Assembly: GCA_937943575.1 (NCBI GenBank)
Contig: CALEAV010000007.1
Location: 9,969-73,968, forward strand
Length of the DNA: 64,000 bases
DNA from: an uncultured bacterium
GTDB taxonomy: Bacteria; Desulfobacterota; Desulfobaccia; Desulfobaccales; 0-14-0-80-60-11
Direction: 5' to 3'
Position numbers and translations under genes: made by a program. The notes below the pieces were generated by a model that was not told the origin of the DNA, did no database searches, and saw only the letters and a list, made by a program, of their open reading frames with translations. Below are positions 31,088-43,306 of this stretch, piece after piece. The first letter of the stretch is position 1; each line of letters starts with the position of its first letter.

Positions 31088-32980
31088 ATGGCAGTTGCCG
31101 TGCCGGAGTATGACCTCATCGTGGTGGGGGCCGGGCATGCCGGCTGCGAAGGGGCGCTGGCCGCAGTGCGCCTGGGCCTGAGCGTGCTTCTCTTCAATCA
31201 GAACCTGGACACCACCGCCCACATGGCCTGCAACCCGGCGGTGGGGGGCCTGGCCAAAGGCCACCTGGTGAAGGAGATCGACGCTTTGGGCGGGGCCATG
31301 GGCTGGCTGGCGGACAAAACCGGCGTCCAGTTCCGCACCCTCAACCTCTCCAAAGGCCCGGCGGTGCGGGGCACCCGGGTGCAGTGCGACAAGCCCGCCT
31401 ACCGCCTGGCCATGAAACTCTATCTGGAGGCCCAGCCCCGGTTGCACCTCAGGGAGGCCACCGTCACCCGGCTTCTGGTGGAGGACGGCCGGGTCACGGG
31501 GGTGCTGGACGCCTATGGCATGTGTTATCGGGCCCGGGCGGTGCTCATCACCACCGGGACTTTCCTCAACGGTCTCATCCACATCGGCCCCACCAAGATC
31601 CCCGCCGGCCGGGCGGGCGAATTCGCTGCCATCGACCTGGCCCGGCACCTGAAGGACCTGGGCTTCCGCCTGGGCCGCATGAAGACCGGCACCCCGCCCC
31701 GGCTTCGGGCCGCCAGCATCGACATCGCCGGCATGGCCAAGCTGGAGGGCGACCCCCGGCCCCGGCCCTTCTCCTGGCGCACCACCAAGCTCCCGGAGGA
31801 ACAGCTCGTCTGCCACGTCACCCACACCACCCCCGAGGTGCACGACTTCCTGCGCCGCCACATCCGCCACTCGCCCCTGTACAGCGGCGAGATCACCGGG
31901 GTGAGCGCCCGCTACTGCCCCTCCCTGGAGGACAAGGTGATGCGCTTCCCCGAAAAGCTGAGCCACCAGGTCACCCTGGAGCCCGAAGGCCGGGACACCC
32001 AGGAGATCTACGCCAAGGGCCTGGGGAACTGCCTGCCGGTGGAGCTGCAGCTGGAGCTCTTTCGCAAGGTGCCGGGGCTGGAGCACTGCGAGGTCATGCG
32101 GCCGGCCTACGCCATCGAATATGACTATGTGGACCCCGTGCAGCTCAAACCCACCCTGGAGACCAAGCTCATCCAGGGGCTGTATCTCGCCGGCCAGATC
32201 AATGGCACCTCGGGCTATGAGGAGGCCGCGGCCCAGGGCCTGTGGGCGGGGATCAACGCCGCCTGCCGCCTCCTCGGGCGGCCGCCCTTTGTCCTGCACC
32301 GCTCCCAGGCCTATATGGCGGTTTTGGTGGACGATTTGGTGACCAAGGGAACTCGCGAGCCCTACCGCATGTTCACCTCCCGGGCGGAGTACCGGCTGCT
32401 CCTGAGGGAGGACAACGCCGACCGGCGCCTCAGCCGCATCGGCTATGAGCTGGGGCTGGTGGACAGGGAGGCCCTGGAGCGCCTGGAGGAGAAAGAGCGC
32501 CTCCAGGCCGAGGAGGAGGCGCGGCTGCGGGGCCGGCGGGTCTTCCCCACCCCTCAGGTGAATGACACCCTCGCCGCCCTCAAGACCGCGCCCTTGAGCG
32601 AGCCCACCCCGGCCCTGAAGCTCCTGAAGCGGCCGGAGATCAGTATCGCCACCCTCTACCGCCTCCTGGGGGAGGAGCCCCCGGTGCCGGAGGAGGTGGC
32701 GGAGCAGGTGGAGATCGCCTGCAAATACGAGGGCTATCTCAGGCGCCAGGCGGAGACCGCCGCCAAGCTGGCCGCCTGGGAGGCCAAAGAGATCCCCGAA
32801 TCCCTGGACTATGACCGCCTCCCGGGGCTCTCCCATGAAGTGCGCCAGAAGCTCAAGGAGGTGCGGCCCCGGACCCTGGGGCAGGCCTCCCGCATCTCCG
32901 GCATCACCCCCGCCGCCCTAAGCCTCCTTATGGTATATATCAAACGGCGAAAAGAGCCCGCTTGCGGCCGCCTGCCGTGA
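31088..32980 (+). CDS. mnmG: tRNA U34 modification enzyme MnmG/GidA
   Basis: [66 protein letters not shown]. Confidence 0.98.
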   Translation: MAVAVPEYDLIVVGAGHAGCEGALAAVRLGLSVLLFNQNLDTTAHMACNPAVGGLAKGHLVKEIDALGGAMGWLADKTGVQFRTLNLSKGPAVRGTRVQCDKPAYRLAMKLYLEAQPRLHLREATVTRLLVEDGRVTGVLDAYGMCYRARAVLITTGTFLNGLIHIGPTKIPAGRAGEFAAIDLARHLKDLGFRLGRMKTGTPPRLRAASIDIAGMAKLEGDPRPRPFSWRTTKLPEEQLVCHVTHTTPEVHDFLRRHIRHSPLYSGEITGVSARYCPSLEDKVMRFPEKLSHQVTLEPEGRDTQEIYAKGLGNCLPVELQLELFRKVPGLEHCEVMRPAYAIEYDYVDPVQLKPTLETKLIQGLYLAGQINGTSGYEEAAAQGLWAGINAACRLLGRPPFVLHRSQAYMAVLVDDLVTKGTREPYRMFTSRAEYRLLLREDNADRRLSRIGYELGLVDREALERLEEKERLQAEEEARLRGRRVFPTPQVNDTLAALKTAPLSEPTPALKLLKRPEISIATLYRLLGEEPPVPEEVAEQVEIACKYEGYLRRQAETAAKLAAWEAKEIPESLDYDRLPGLSHEVRQKLKEVRPRTLGQASRISGITPAALSLLMVYIKRRKEPACGRLP

Positions 32981-33413
32981 AATCCCCCTGCGGCGGGGCA
33001 TCCGGGCGGCGGCCCGCGAAGGTGAGTCTTACCTGCCTCCCTCTGCCGGGACCGCCGGCCGGAGAGAGCGCTGCGCAGGGAAGCTGGGAGGAGCCCCAGG
33101 AGGGCTGGCGCCCGGCGGGGCGCCCTGCCCCCGGGACTGCCATGCGGGCCTGGCGGCCGGGGAGTATAGGGGCGGCGGGCTGCAGGCGGGTCATCTCTCC
33201 CGGCAGACAAAAAGGCGCCCTCATGTCCGGGCGCCTTCCTGTTCCAGGGCTGAGCTGGTGACGCGAGGGCCTCTCACAACTGCGCCCCGCCATGGACCTC
33301 CCCCTGGTTCGCCCTCTCCTTTCCTTGATCAGGGCAGTCGGGGGCCCGCAATTCGTTTGGTCTCAGGGAGGCGGGCCGGCGAGCCCCTCTTCCCCTGCCC
33401 TCCTCAAGGCGTC

Positions 33414-33647
33414 TCAGTAGCGGCCCCGGCTCTTCTGGTAGCGGTCGTAGAGGAAGCCGCCCAACACACCGGCGCCGCCGCCCACTGCCGCCCCGACGGC
33501 CGGGGAGCCGGCGGCCCAGCCGATGAGGGCGCCACTGGAGGCCCCCACCGCCCCGCCGCTCAACATGCGCTGTTCCGTGGAGCTCATGCCGGCGCAGCCG
33601 GCGACCAGGAGAGTCCCCGCCAACACCAGAATCATGACCCGCTTCAT
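33414..33647 (-). CDS. Small glycine-zipper lipoprotein
   Basis: Lipobox LVAGC, GGAVGASSGALIG...GAAVGGGAGVLGG; GGAGG RBS. Confidence 0.8.
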   Translation of the reverse strand: MKRVMILVLAGTLLVAGCAGMSSTEQRMLSGGAVGASSGALIGWAAGSPAVGAAVGGGAGVLGGFLYDRYQKSRGRY

Positions 33648-34345
33648 GGTTCACCTCCCCCAGGCCCCGTTTTCTCCCCCGGGTGCCCTGTGCTGCAGAT
33701 CCTGACACTATCTTCCGGGCGAGGAGTCCGGAGGGCCGCATTCCGCTTCCCTGCTCCCGGCCCCCCCCGGCCCACATTTTTGGGGGCATCGTGCCCCGGC
33801 CCCAATTTTCCCGCTGGGGCCGGAGGGGAGATGCCGCTCCCGGTCCCCCTTGGCAAACCCCCGGTACCGCCCTCTCCAGCCGCCCGGGGCCGAGCCCCCT
33901 GCCGCCGGCGCCGACGTCCCCGGAATCAGCGCTCCGGGGGAACGCCCGGCAGGTGTCGCCCCCTACCACCCCGCACCGGGGTGGAGGGCTGAACCGGGCC
34001 ATCCCGGGAGAAAGGGTCCACCTCCCGTGAGAGCACGGACGTGGCAACCCGCCGCATTCCCGCCGGGGTGCCCGGGAGACCGCCGCAACCGCCCGTTGTG
34101 GCCGCGACGGGCTCCAGGTCCGCCTCATGGCTCACCCCCCGGAGCCCGCCCGGCTCGCCGCTCCGGGACCTCGTGGCCTCATGCCTGCCATCCCCCGGGA
34201 GCCCCTTCCTCCCCGGGCAGGGCCAGCCCCGGGCCGGTTCAGAGCAGGCTGACAGAGTCGGATCGGGAGCCCCTCACCCTCCCCGGGCAGGGCCGCCAGG
34301 GCCAGCCCCGGGCCGGCGGGTCCGCCGGATGCCGCCTCGGCCCCC

Positions 34346-34729
34346 TTATTTGGCGGGTTTGGCCGGAGTCTCCGGCGGGCAGAGCTTGGTGCAGCGCCGG
34401 AGCACCACCTCGATCACCGGCATGGCCCGCTTGTCGGCATTCTCCTGATAAAACCTGTCCACTTCCTGGATGATCTGGTTGATGGTGAGATGCTTCAGCT
34501 CATCCACAAAGGCCTGGGAGATGCAGGGGCCCCGGCCGGCGCCGGCGGCGGCCACCTCAAAATCCGCCATGTTGCCGATGCCTTTGATGTAGGCGACCTT
34601 GATCTCCGGGGACATGGTCGCCCAATGGGTGCCGTTCCACAGCTCCGGCCTGCCCTGGGCCGCCCCCGGACCGGCCGCCAGCAGCACCAATACCATTGTG
34701 GCACCCGCCAGATAACTCAGCCTGCGCAT
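34346..34729 (-). CDS. Exported hypothetical protein
   Basis: Signal peptide, WNGTHW...KVAYIKG, two Cys sites; GGAAGG RBS. Confidence 0.7.
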   Translation of the reverse strand: MRRLSYLAGATMVLVLLAAGPGAAQGRPELWNGTHWATMSPEIKVAYIKGIGNMADFEVAAAGAGRGPCISQAFVDELKHLTINQIIQEVDRFYQENADKRAMPVIEVVLRRCTKLCPPETPAKPAK

Positions 34730-34761
34730 GTCGGTCTTCCTTCCGTGGGTGGCATGCGGCC

Positions 34762-35109
34762 TCAGGTGTTCCGGGCCGACGCCCCCCGGGTGGTGGCCAC
34801 CCCTTTCTTGCGGCCGGATTTGGGGGATGTCTTTTTGCCCGAGACCGTTGTTTTTTTCCCCTTCTTCTTGCTGCTCACCTTGGGGGTCGGGCGGGTTTGC
34901 CGCCCCGGTTTCACCGTCTGCTGGGTGGCAGGTTTCTCGGTCTCCGCCGTCGGCCCCTCCGGATGCTTGCTTTCCGGGTAGGCCAGGGGCCGGTTGCCTT
35001 CGAGGATGGGCGGGATGGCAGGAGGTTGGGCGTCCTGCTGCGCCAGGAGGGGGGGAGTCAGGGCCAGACAGAGCAGGCCGGTGAGGGCAAGTTCTCCCAG
35101 TCGCTTCAT
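34762..35109 (-). CDS. Exported hypothetical protein with Lys-rich tail
   Basis: Signal peptide (PPLLA-QQ), C-terminal KKKGKKTTVSGKKTSPKSGRKK. Confidence 0.6.
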   Translation of the reverse strand: MKRLGELALTGLLCLALTPPLLAQQDAQPPAIPPILEGNRPLAYPESKHPEGPTAETEKPATQQTVKPGRQTRPTPKVSSKKKGKKTTVSGKKTSPKSGRKKGVATTRGASARNT

Positions 35110-35279
35110 GGCCGGTTTCCTGTGTGGGATTTAGGTTGCAATCCTTGCGGGCGGGGATGGGCGGCGTCGCCCCCCGCTTTCCCCTCTCCCCCGTGTGTCC
35201 GGAGAAATCCGGGGGGGCGGGATGCCAGTCTCACCACCTGGCACCCCGGCAGAAACCCTGGACTGATGCCTCTCTCGGC

Positions 35280-35534
35280 TTAAGAAGGCTGCTGTTCCGC
35301 CTTTTTGGCCTTGGTCTTGCTCTTCTTGGCCTTGGTGGTCTTGGCCTTCTTCGCCTTCTTGGTGGTGGTTTCCTTCTTCTCGGTCTTTTGCGTGGCGGCG
35401 GTTTCAGCCTTCGGAGCCTGGGATTCCACTGCCGGCGCCGGCGCAGTGGCCGTCTCCTCCTTCTGGGCCAGCCCCATGGCGGGCAGGCTCAAAAGGAAGG
35501 CTCCCCCCACAACCCAGGTCAACAACTTTTTCAT
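35280..35534 (-). CDS. Small exported Lys/Ala/Thr-rich protein
   Basis: MKKLLTWVVGGAFLLSLPAMGLA-QKEE...KKAKKAKTTKAKKSK; GGAGG RBS. Confidence 0.7.
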   Translation of the reverse strand: MKKLLTWVVGGAFLLSLPAMGLAQKEETATAPAPAVESQAPKAETAATQKTEKKETTTKKAKKAKTTKAKKSKTKAKKAEQQPS

Positions 35535-35561
35535 AAGGCCCATCCTCCAAAAAATAATAAG

Positions 35562-35638
35562 TGGTGGCGGTGCAGGGATTCGAACCCCGGACACTGCGGA
35601 TATGAGCCGCATGCTCTAACCAGCTGAGCTACACCGCC
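35562..35638 (-). tRNA. tRNA with CAT anticodon, probably elongator tRNA-Met
   Basis: GGCGGTGTAGCTCAGCTGGTTAGAGCATGCGGCTCATATCCGCAGTGTCCGGGGTTCGAATCCCTGCACCGCCACCA: cloverleaf, G1-C72 paired (not initiator), encoded CCA. TTGACA at 35678-35673 upstream. Confidence 0.93.
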
Positions 35639-35778
35639 ATCCCCTTCATATATATTCCCCCCTCCGGCCCCCTGTCAAACGAAAATTCCGGGCGCCCCGG
35701 GGCCGCTTGGGGCTGAACCTTCCGGGTGAGGCGGCGGTGCGTTTCTGTAATCCTGAGACCACGGGAGACCCGGGAAGG

Positions 35779-36465
35779 TTAACTTTCTCCCGGGCCAGGA
35801 GAGCCGGACGCGCCCCCTGCCAGCCGCTGAAGGAGCCGGGGGAAGCGGCTGATGAGCCCGTCCGGGCCCGCCGCCGCCAGCCGGGCCGGGTCGCCATACC
35901 CGTAGGTGACCGCCACCGTGGCGGCCCCGGCGCCTTTGCCCGCCAGCACATCCGCGGGCTTGTCCCCCACCATCAGGGTGCGCTCCGGCCGGGCCCCCAG
36001 CTCCGTGATGAGGGCCATCAGACCCCGGGGGTCCGGCTTCAGGACGCCGTAACTGTCCCCGCCCCGGACCGCCAGAAAAAAGGGGGCCAGCCCCAGTCGG
36101 TCCACAATGCCCCGGGTCAGGGCGGTGAGCTTGTTGGACAGCACCGCCAGCTTCCGGGGCGCCAAGGCCGCCAGGGTCTCCGGCACCCCGGGGTAGAGGC
36201 GGGTCGCCTCCACCAGGTGGGCGGCGTAATAATCCAGATACCGGCGGCGCACCTCCCCATAGAGCGCCTGGTGCTCCGGCCCCAGAGCCCGGCGGAGAAA
36301 GGTCTCCTCCCCGCCACCCAGCATCTCCGCCACCGCCGCCTCCGTATACCCGGGCAACCCCACCGCCGCCAGGGCATGGTTCAGGGCTGCGGCGATATCC
36401 GGGACGGTGGCCGCCAGGGTGCCGTCCAGGTCAAAGACGATGAGCTCCGGGTCGGGCAGAGGCAT
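35779..36465 (-). CDS. HAD hydrolase, phosphoglycolate phosphatase-like
   Basis: FDLDGTL, LSNK, KPDP, MVGDKPADV, VTYGYG. Confidence 0.88.
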   Translation of the reverse strand: MPLPDPELIVFDLDGTLAATVPDIAAALNHALAAVGLPGYTEAAVAEMLGGGEETFLRRALGPEHQALYGEVRRRYLDYYAAHLVEATRLYPGVPETLAALAPRKLAVLSNKLTALTRGIVDRLGLAPFFLAVRGGDSYGVLKPDPRGLMALITELGARPERTLMVGDKPADVLAGKGAGAATVAVTYGYGDPARLAAAGPDGLISRFPRLLQRLAGGASGSPGPGES

Positions 36466-36586
36466 ATCAGGCTGACTCCGGGGCCGGGGCGCGGGAGGGC
36501 TTGACCCCGCTTTTTTGGCCCTCTCCCCCCTCTCCAGGTTCAGCTGGCTCCCGGGGAACTCCCCGGCGGCCCCGGCAAAGCAAAAG

Positions 36587-37564
36587 TCAGACCCCGGGGG
36601 TGGAGGCGCCCCCCTGGAGCTCCTGCCAGCAAGGCAACACCCCCAGACCGTGGGCGCTTTTCACCGCCGAGAGGATGGCCGCCTCCAGGGCCGCCTGGGT
36701 GAGCAAGCCCACCACATGCAGGTCCGCCCTGACCTCGGGATGGGCGAGCACAAAGATGATATCGCCGTCAAACAGGGTGTGGACCGGCCGGATGCAGCGG
36801 GCCAAGGCGTTGTGGCCCATCTGGGCGATCTTCTGGGCCTCCTCCCGGGTGAGGCGGGCGTTGCTGGCCACCACCCCCACCGTGGTGTTTTGCTCCCCGA
36901 AACGCTGGCGCACCACCCCCCGGCGGATGTGTCGGGCGCTGTCGGCAAACTCCCGGCTCTCCGGGCCGGTGCGGGCCCCGGCCAGGATCTCCCCGGTCTC
37001 CGGATCCACCACGTCCCCGAAGGCATTGACCACCACCAGGGCCCCCACCTGCAGCCCCTCCGGGCCGCTCACGTGCGCCGTCCCCAGCCCCCCCTTGGTG
37101 GCCTGGCGGATGCCGAAGAGCTTGCCCACGCTGGCACCGGTGCCGGCCCCCACGCTGCCGTCCCCCTGGGGCTCACTGCGGGCCGCCAGACAGGCGCTGA
37201 AGCCCATGGCCCGGTCAGGCCGCACCCGGCAGTTCCCCACGGTGAGATCGTAGATCACCGCGGTGGGCACGATGGGCACCCGGGTGATGGCCACATCAAA
37301 GCCCCGGCCCTGCTCCTCCAGAAACTCCATCACCCCGCCGGCGGCGTCCAGACCGAAGGCGCTGCCGCCGGCGATGCAGACGGCGTGGACCTCATTCACC
37401 ACATGCAGGCCCTGAAGGGCGTCCAGCTGCCGGGTGCCCGCGGCGGAGCCCCGGATGTCCACGCTCCCCACGGTGTGGGGCGGGCAGAGCACCACCGTGA
37501 CCCCGGTGAGGTTTTTGTAATCACTGGCATGCCCCACGGCAAAGCCGGGCACCCGGGTGATCAT
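36587..37564 (-). CDS. DmpA/P1-family aminopeptidase
   Basis: VGHA...TGVTV, GGSAFGLDAAGGV, VPIVPTAVIYDL, GAGTGA, VNAFGDV, NTT, PVHTLFDGD. Confidence 0.88.
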   Translation of the reverse strand: MITRVPGFAVGHASDYKNLTGVTVVLCPPHTVGSVDIRGSAAGTRQLDALQGLHVVNEVHAVCIAGGSAFGLDAAGGVMEFLEEQGRGFDVAITRVPIVPTAVIYDLTVGNCRVRPDRAMGFSACLAARSEPQGDGSVGAGTGASVGKLFGIRQATKGGLGTAHVSGPEGLQVGALVVVNAFGDVVDPETGEILAGARTGPESREFADSARHIRRGVVRQRFGEQNTTVGVVASNARLTREEAQKIAQMGHNALARCIRPVHTLFDGDIIFVLAHPEVRADLHVVGLLTQAALEAAILSAVKSAHGLGVLPCWQELQGGASTPGV

Positions 37565-39396
37565 GGCGCCGCCTCCACCGGCACCACCCGGCCGCCCCGG
37601 CAGGTGAGGAGATAGACGGTGAGCTCCCCCTGCCGGTTTTCACTGAAGCCCTTCAGCCACGGCACCTGGGGGGCCCCCCGGAAGGCCATCAGCCGCCTGG
37701 CCACCTCCTCCCGGCTCAGGGGGCCGTCGGCCGCCACCCGGCTCAGGAGGCGGCCGGCCAGGTAGCCCTGGGCGGCGAAATAGTCCGGCGCTTTGCCGTA
37801 GCGCTGCCGCCAGGCGCTGACGAACTCCTGCACCGCCGGGTTCGGGTCCCCCGGGAAAAAGCCTTCCGGAAAGATGACCCCTTCCAGCTGCCTGACCCTG
37901 GCGTCGTCGGGGTGAGCCAGGTTGGTGCCCAAAAGGGGCAGGCGGCGCAAGGGATGGTCGGAAATCCGGCTCAAAAGCGAGCTGAGGACGGCCGCCTCCT
38001 CCGGGACGAACCAGGCGTCAAAGGGCCGGGACCCCCCCTCCGACTCCGGAAAGAGGGCCAGCAAGGGGGAGAGGGCCAGGCTGAAGTCCCCGCTGCCGGG
38101 GGGGTAGGTTCCCTGGACCACCACCTCGCCCCCCCGTCTGGCGAGCTCTTCCTGAAACAGCCGGGTGAAGGTGCGGCCGTAGGCCGACTCCGGGGCCAGG
38201 ATGGCATAGCGCTGCCAGCCCCGGGCCACGCCGTAGCGCACCAGCTCCTGGACCTGGGCCTGGGGGGTGAGGAAGGCCTGGAACACCCACTCCCCGGCCT
38301 CCGTCACCTCGGCCCGCTGGGTCAGGGCCAGGAGCGGCACCCCCGCCTCCTGGGCCGCCCGGGCCGCCTCCGGGGCCTCCGCCGAGGCAAAAAAGCCCAC
38401 CATCATCACCACCCCGGGCTGGCGGGCCAGGGCGCCCACCCCCTGGGCGGCGCCGGCACCGGCAGCCTCCTGGAAGACCACCTCCACCGGCGCCCCCTGG
38501 AGGGCCAGCTCCAGGCCCCGTTTCAGCCGCTGCCCTGCCTCCGCCAGGTCCCCCGCCAGGGGGATCACCGCCCCCACCCGGGGGCGGGCGGGGGTGAGGA
38601 GCTGCTCCGCCGCCTGGGCCTCGGGCGTCCCCGGGTAGCGCTCCGTGAGCAGGGTGAGCCAGCGCCGGGCCTCCTCAATGCGGCCGGCCCGCCGGGCATT
38701 CTCCGCCAGCCGGGCCAGCAGGGCGGCGCTCAAGGGGGTGTCCCGGTAGAGATTCGCCAGGCGCTCCAGATCGACAGGGCTGGCCTGCTCCAGCAGGCGC
38801 TTTTTTAAAAATTCGAACCACTCGGCATCCCCGGCGGCCAGATCCTGGTGCGCCAGGCGCAGGCGCACAAAGGCGGGTTCCACCTGCCCCTGCCGCAGGG
38901 CGATCTCGGCCAGGAGGGCATTGGTGGAGAAGCGCAGGGCCACCGGCAGGTCGGCGGCGGTGAGGGGCTCCAGGATCTGCAACGCCCGGGTGTATTGCCC
39001 CAGCTTGTAGTAGGCCCGGCCCAGACCGTAGCGGATCTCCCGGCTCTGGTCCAGGTCCGGGTTGTGGGCCAAAAGGGTCTCATAGCGGCTCAGCGCCCCG
39101 GCCCAGTCCCCCAGAAGCCCGGTGAGCTCCGCCTCCCGGAGCCGGGCCCGAAAGGCCTGGGGGCCCTGGGGATGCCGGCTGAGATAGGTGCGGTAGTCCC
39201 GCAGGGCCTGTTCATAGTCCTGGCGGCGGTAGGCCGCCTCCGCCTGGTGGAAGAGCTCCTCCCCCGCCGCCTCCGGCGCAGCGGCCGGACGACGGGCCCC
39301 CACCTGGATCTGGGGCTGCACCACCACCGGCGGGGGGCTGACGCAGCCCGCCAGCAGCAGCCCGACCAGCAGAAGATATGGCCAGCGTCTCATCAT
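37561..39396 (-). CDS. Lipoprotein with TPR repeats and a periplasmic-binding-fold domain (LpoA/LppC-like)
   Basis: Lipobox LLAGC, TPRs, VGAVIPLAG, LAPESAYG, AAQGYLAG. Confidence 0.75.
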   Translation of the reverse strand: MMRRWPYLLLVGLLLAGCVSPPPVVVQPQIQVGARRPAAAPEAAGEELFHQAEAAYRRQDYEQALRDYRTYLSRHPQGPQAFRARLREAELTGLLGDWAGALSRYETLLAHNPDLDQSREIRYGLGRAYYKLGQYTRALQILEPLTAADLPVALRFSTNALLAEIALRQGQVEPAFVRLRLAHQDLAAGDAEWFEFLKKRLLEQASPVDLERLANLYRDTPLSAALLARLAENARRAGRIEEARRWLTLLTERYPGTPEAQAAEQLLTPARPRVGAVIPLAGDLAEAGQRLKRGLELALQGAPVEVVFQEAAGAGAAQGVGALARQPGVVMMVGFFASAEAPEAARAAQEAGVPLLALTQRAEVTEAGEWVFQAFLTPQAQVQELVRYGVARGWQRYAILAPESAYGRTFTRLFQEELARRGGEVVVQGTYPPGSGDFSLALSPLLALFPESEGGSRPFDAWFVPEEAAVLSSLLSRISDHPLRRLPLLGTNLAHPDDARVRQLEGVIFPEGFFPGDPNPAVQEFVSAWRQRYGKAPDYFAAQGYLAGRLLSRVAADGPLSREEVARRLMAFRGAPQVPWLKGFSENRQGELTVYLLTCRGGRVVPVEAAP

Positions 39397-39529
39397 GGTG
39401 CACTCAGAATAGTGAGGGGAGGGCCGGGAGACCCGGAGGCCCCCGCCCTCCCCTGAAGCGGCCCCCCTTCCCCGGAAAGGAGGGGGCTGGGACAGGATGC
39501 CTCCTGCCCCTCCTGGTGGAACCGCCGGT

Positions 39530-41425
<1,896 letters not shown>

Positions 41426-41446
41426 TTATATTCCTCCTCGCAAAAC

Positions 41447-42046
41447 TTATGCGGAAATATCAACACCGGGGGAGGCAGGCCGGTTGCCGCTGCGGGCCAC
41501 CACCACCATGGCGGGCCGCAGGAGCCTCGTGCGGAAGAGATACCCCCGCTGCAGCTCCTTGGTGACCGTCTGGTCCGCCAGCTCCGGGGCCTCCTCCTCC
41601 ATGACGGCGTGGTGATAGGCCGGGTCGAAGGGCTGCCCCAGGCACTCCACCGGGGTGACCCCGAATTTCTGCAGCACCTTGAGAAACTCCTGGCGCACCA
41701 GCTCCAGGCCCTCCAGCAGTCCCGGGGGCGCCTCGAACTGGCGGCCGTTTTCCAGGGCCCGCTCCAGATTGTCCAGCACCGGCAGGAGCTCCTTGAAGAC
41801 CGCCTCGTTGGCGTACTGCACCACCTCGGCCCGCTCCCGCTCGGCCCGCTTCTTCAGGTTCTCCAGCTCGGCGGCGTAGCGCAGAAGCCTGTCATGGCAT
41901 TCCTGGGCCTCCTTGGTCTTCTCCGCCAGCAGGCGTTTCAGCTCTTCCGGATCCGGCTCGGCCGCCGGCGTCTCTGCGGTGTCGGGGGCCGTCTCCCCGG
42001 CCCCGGCCGGTTCTTCCCGCTTATCGGTGTCAGTCATGGAGTGCAT
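41447..42046 (-). CDS. grpE: Nucleotide exchange factor GrpE
   Basis: AELENLKKR, LLPVLDNLERA, FDPAYHHA, QRGY...LLRPAMVVV. Confidence 0.95.
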   Translation of the reverse strand: MHSMTDTDKREEPAGAGETAPDTAETPAAEPDPEELKRLLAEKTKEAQECHDRLLRYAAELENLKKRAERERAEVVQYANEAVFKELLPVLDNLERALENGRQFEAPPGLLEGLELVRQEFLKVLQKFGVTPVECLGQPFDPAYHHAVMEEEAPELADQTVTKELQRGYLFRTRLLRPAMVVVARSGNRPASPGVDISA

Positions 42047-42108
42047 AAACCTCCCAAACCATAATCATTCCGAACGATGGATGCAACGGCCCGGCGGCGG
42101 GGACAATG

Positions 42109-43158
42109 TCAGGAGTGGTGCTTTCTCAGCCAGTCGGTGACCAGGGCGGCGGTGTAGCGCACCACCGGGACGATGCGGGCGTAATCCATGCGCATGGGGC
42201 CGATGACCCCGAGGCTCCCCACCGGCGCGTCGTCCAGGGAATAGGAGGAGGCCACCAGGCTGAGCTGCATCTCCGGGAACTTGTCGTCCGGGCTGATGAT
42301 GATCTGCACCCCCTGGGAGGCCAGGGTCTGGTCCAGCAGGGCGATGAGGTGGTGCTTCTCCTCGAAGGCCCGGAAGATGGCCCGGATCTTGGCCACATCG
42401 GCGGCGAATTCCGGATAATCCAGGATGTGGCTGGTGCCCTCGATCATCAGCTCGCCCTGGTCCTCCGCCGCCAGGGCCTGGCGGCTTAAGTTCAGGGCCT
42501 GGGCCACCATCTTGTCAAACAGGTCCTTGTCCTTGGCCATCTGCTCCAGGATGCGGCGTCGGGCCTCCGCCAGGGTGAGGTTCTGGCAGAGGTCGTTGAG
42601 ATAGCGGCTGAAGCGGTCCAGCTGCTCCTGGGTGAAGGCGACGCCGCTCCTCAGAAACCGGGTCTGCACCTGCTGATCCTGGGAGACCAGCAGCACCAGG
42701 ACAAAGTCCCCGCCCAGGCTGATGAACTGGATGTGGCGCAGGTGCACCGCCCGGGGCCGAGGGGTGAGGACCAGGGCCGGGTGGCCGGTGGCCGCTGACA
42801 GGGCCCGGGAGGCCTGCCGGAAGAGATCCTGGGGCTCCGCCGCCACGGGCTTGAAGACCTCCCGGATCTGCCGGCGGGCGCTGGCCTCCAGCTCCCTCAC
42901 CGGCAGGATGTGGTCCACGTAGTAGCGGAAGGCCAGGGCCGTGGGCACCCGCCCGGCGGAGGTGTGGGGCTGGCGCAGGTAGCCCCGGTCCTCCAGGTCC
43001 AGCATGACGCTGCGGATGCTGGCCGAGGACAGATTCAGGCCGGAGAGCTTCGCCACCACCCGGGACCCCACCGGCTCGCCGGTGGCGATGTACTGGCTCA
43101 GCACGGTGGCTAGCACCCGCCGCTCCCGCTCTGTTAACGTGTTCGCCGCTGTCACCAT
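42109..43158 (-). CDS. hrcA: Heat-inducible repressor HrcA
   Basis: YIATGEPVGS, SSASIR, QPHTSAGRVPT, GVIGPMRMDY. Start set at ATG 43158 because a promoter overlaps the longer TTG start. Confidence 0.95.
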   Translation of the reverse strand: MVTAANTLTERERRVLATVLSQYIATGEPVGSRVVAKLSGLNLSSASIRSVMLDLEDRGYLRQPHTSAGRVPTALAFRYYVDHILPVRELEASARRQIREVFKPVAAEPQDLFRQASRALSAATGHPALVLTPRPRAVHLRHIQFISLGGDFVLVLLVSQDQQVQTRFLRSGVAFTQEQLDRFSRYLNDLCQNLTLAEARRRILEQMAKDKDLFDKMVAQALNLSRQALAAEDQGELMIEGTSHILDYPEFAADVAKIRAIFRAFEEKHHLIALLDQTLASQGVQIIISPDDKFPEMQLSLVASSYSLDDAPVGSLGVIGPMRMDYARIVPVVRYTAALVTDWLRKHHS

Positions 43159-43174
43159 CGCGTCCGCCTGTTTC

Positions 43175-43203
43175 AAAGTAAGGTGGCCCCGGGGAGATGT
43201 CAA
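43175..43203 (-). promoter_or_regulatory. sigma70 promoter for hrcA-grpE-dnaK
   Basis: TTGACA (43203-43198), 17 nt, TACTTT. Confidence 0.55.
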
Positions 43204-43306
43204 GGGATTTGTCCCGAATTCAAGGAGTTACCCCTTTACCCCCCGCCCCCGGGGGGTGACACCGCAGGCCTGCTCCCCCCCTGCCCCCACCACCGGCCCC
43301 TGCCGC

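Noticed and set aside
30806-32836. 676-aa minus-strand ORF
   Set aside because: Shadow of mnmG; only the last 65 codons have their own RBS and lie outside mnmG.
32981-34345. Long GC-rich gaps around the glycine-zipper gene as possible ncRNA (SRP, 6S, RNase P, tmRNA)
   Set aside because: No diagnostic motifs recognised and the ORFs there are Pro/Gly/Arg-rich noise; an Rfam scan would be needed.
35540-35640. tRNA-Met as an integration site of a genomic island
   Set aside because: No integrase and no duplicated tRNA 3' end seen in the window.
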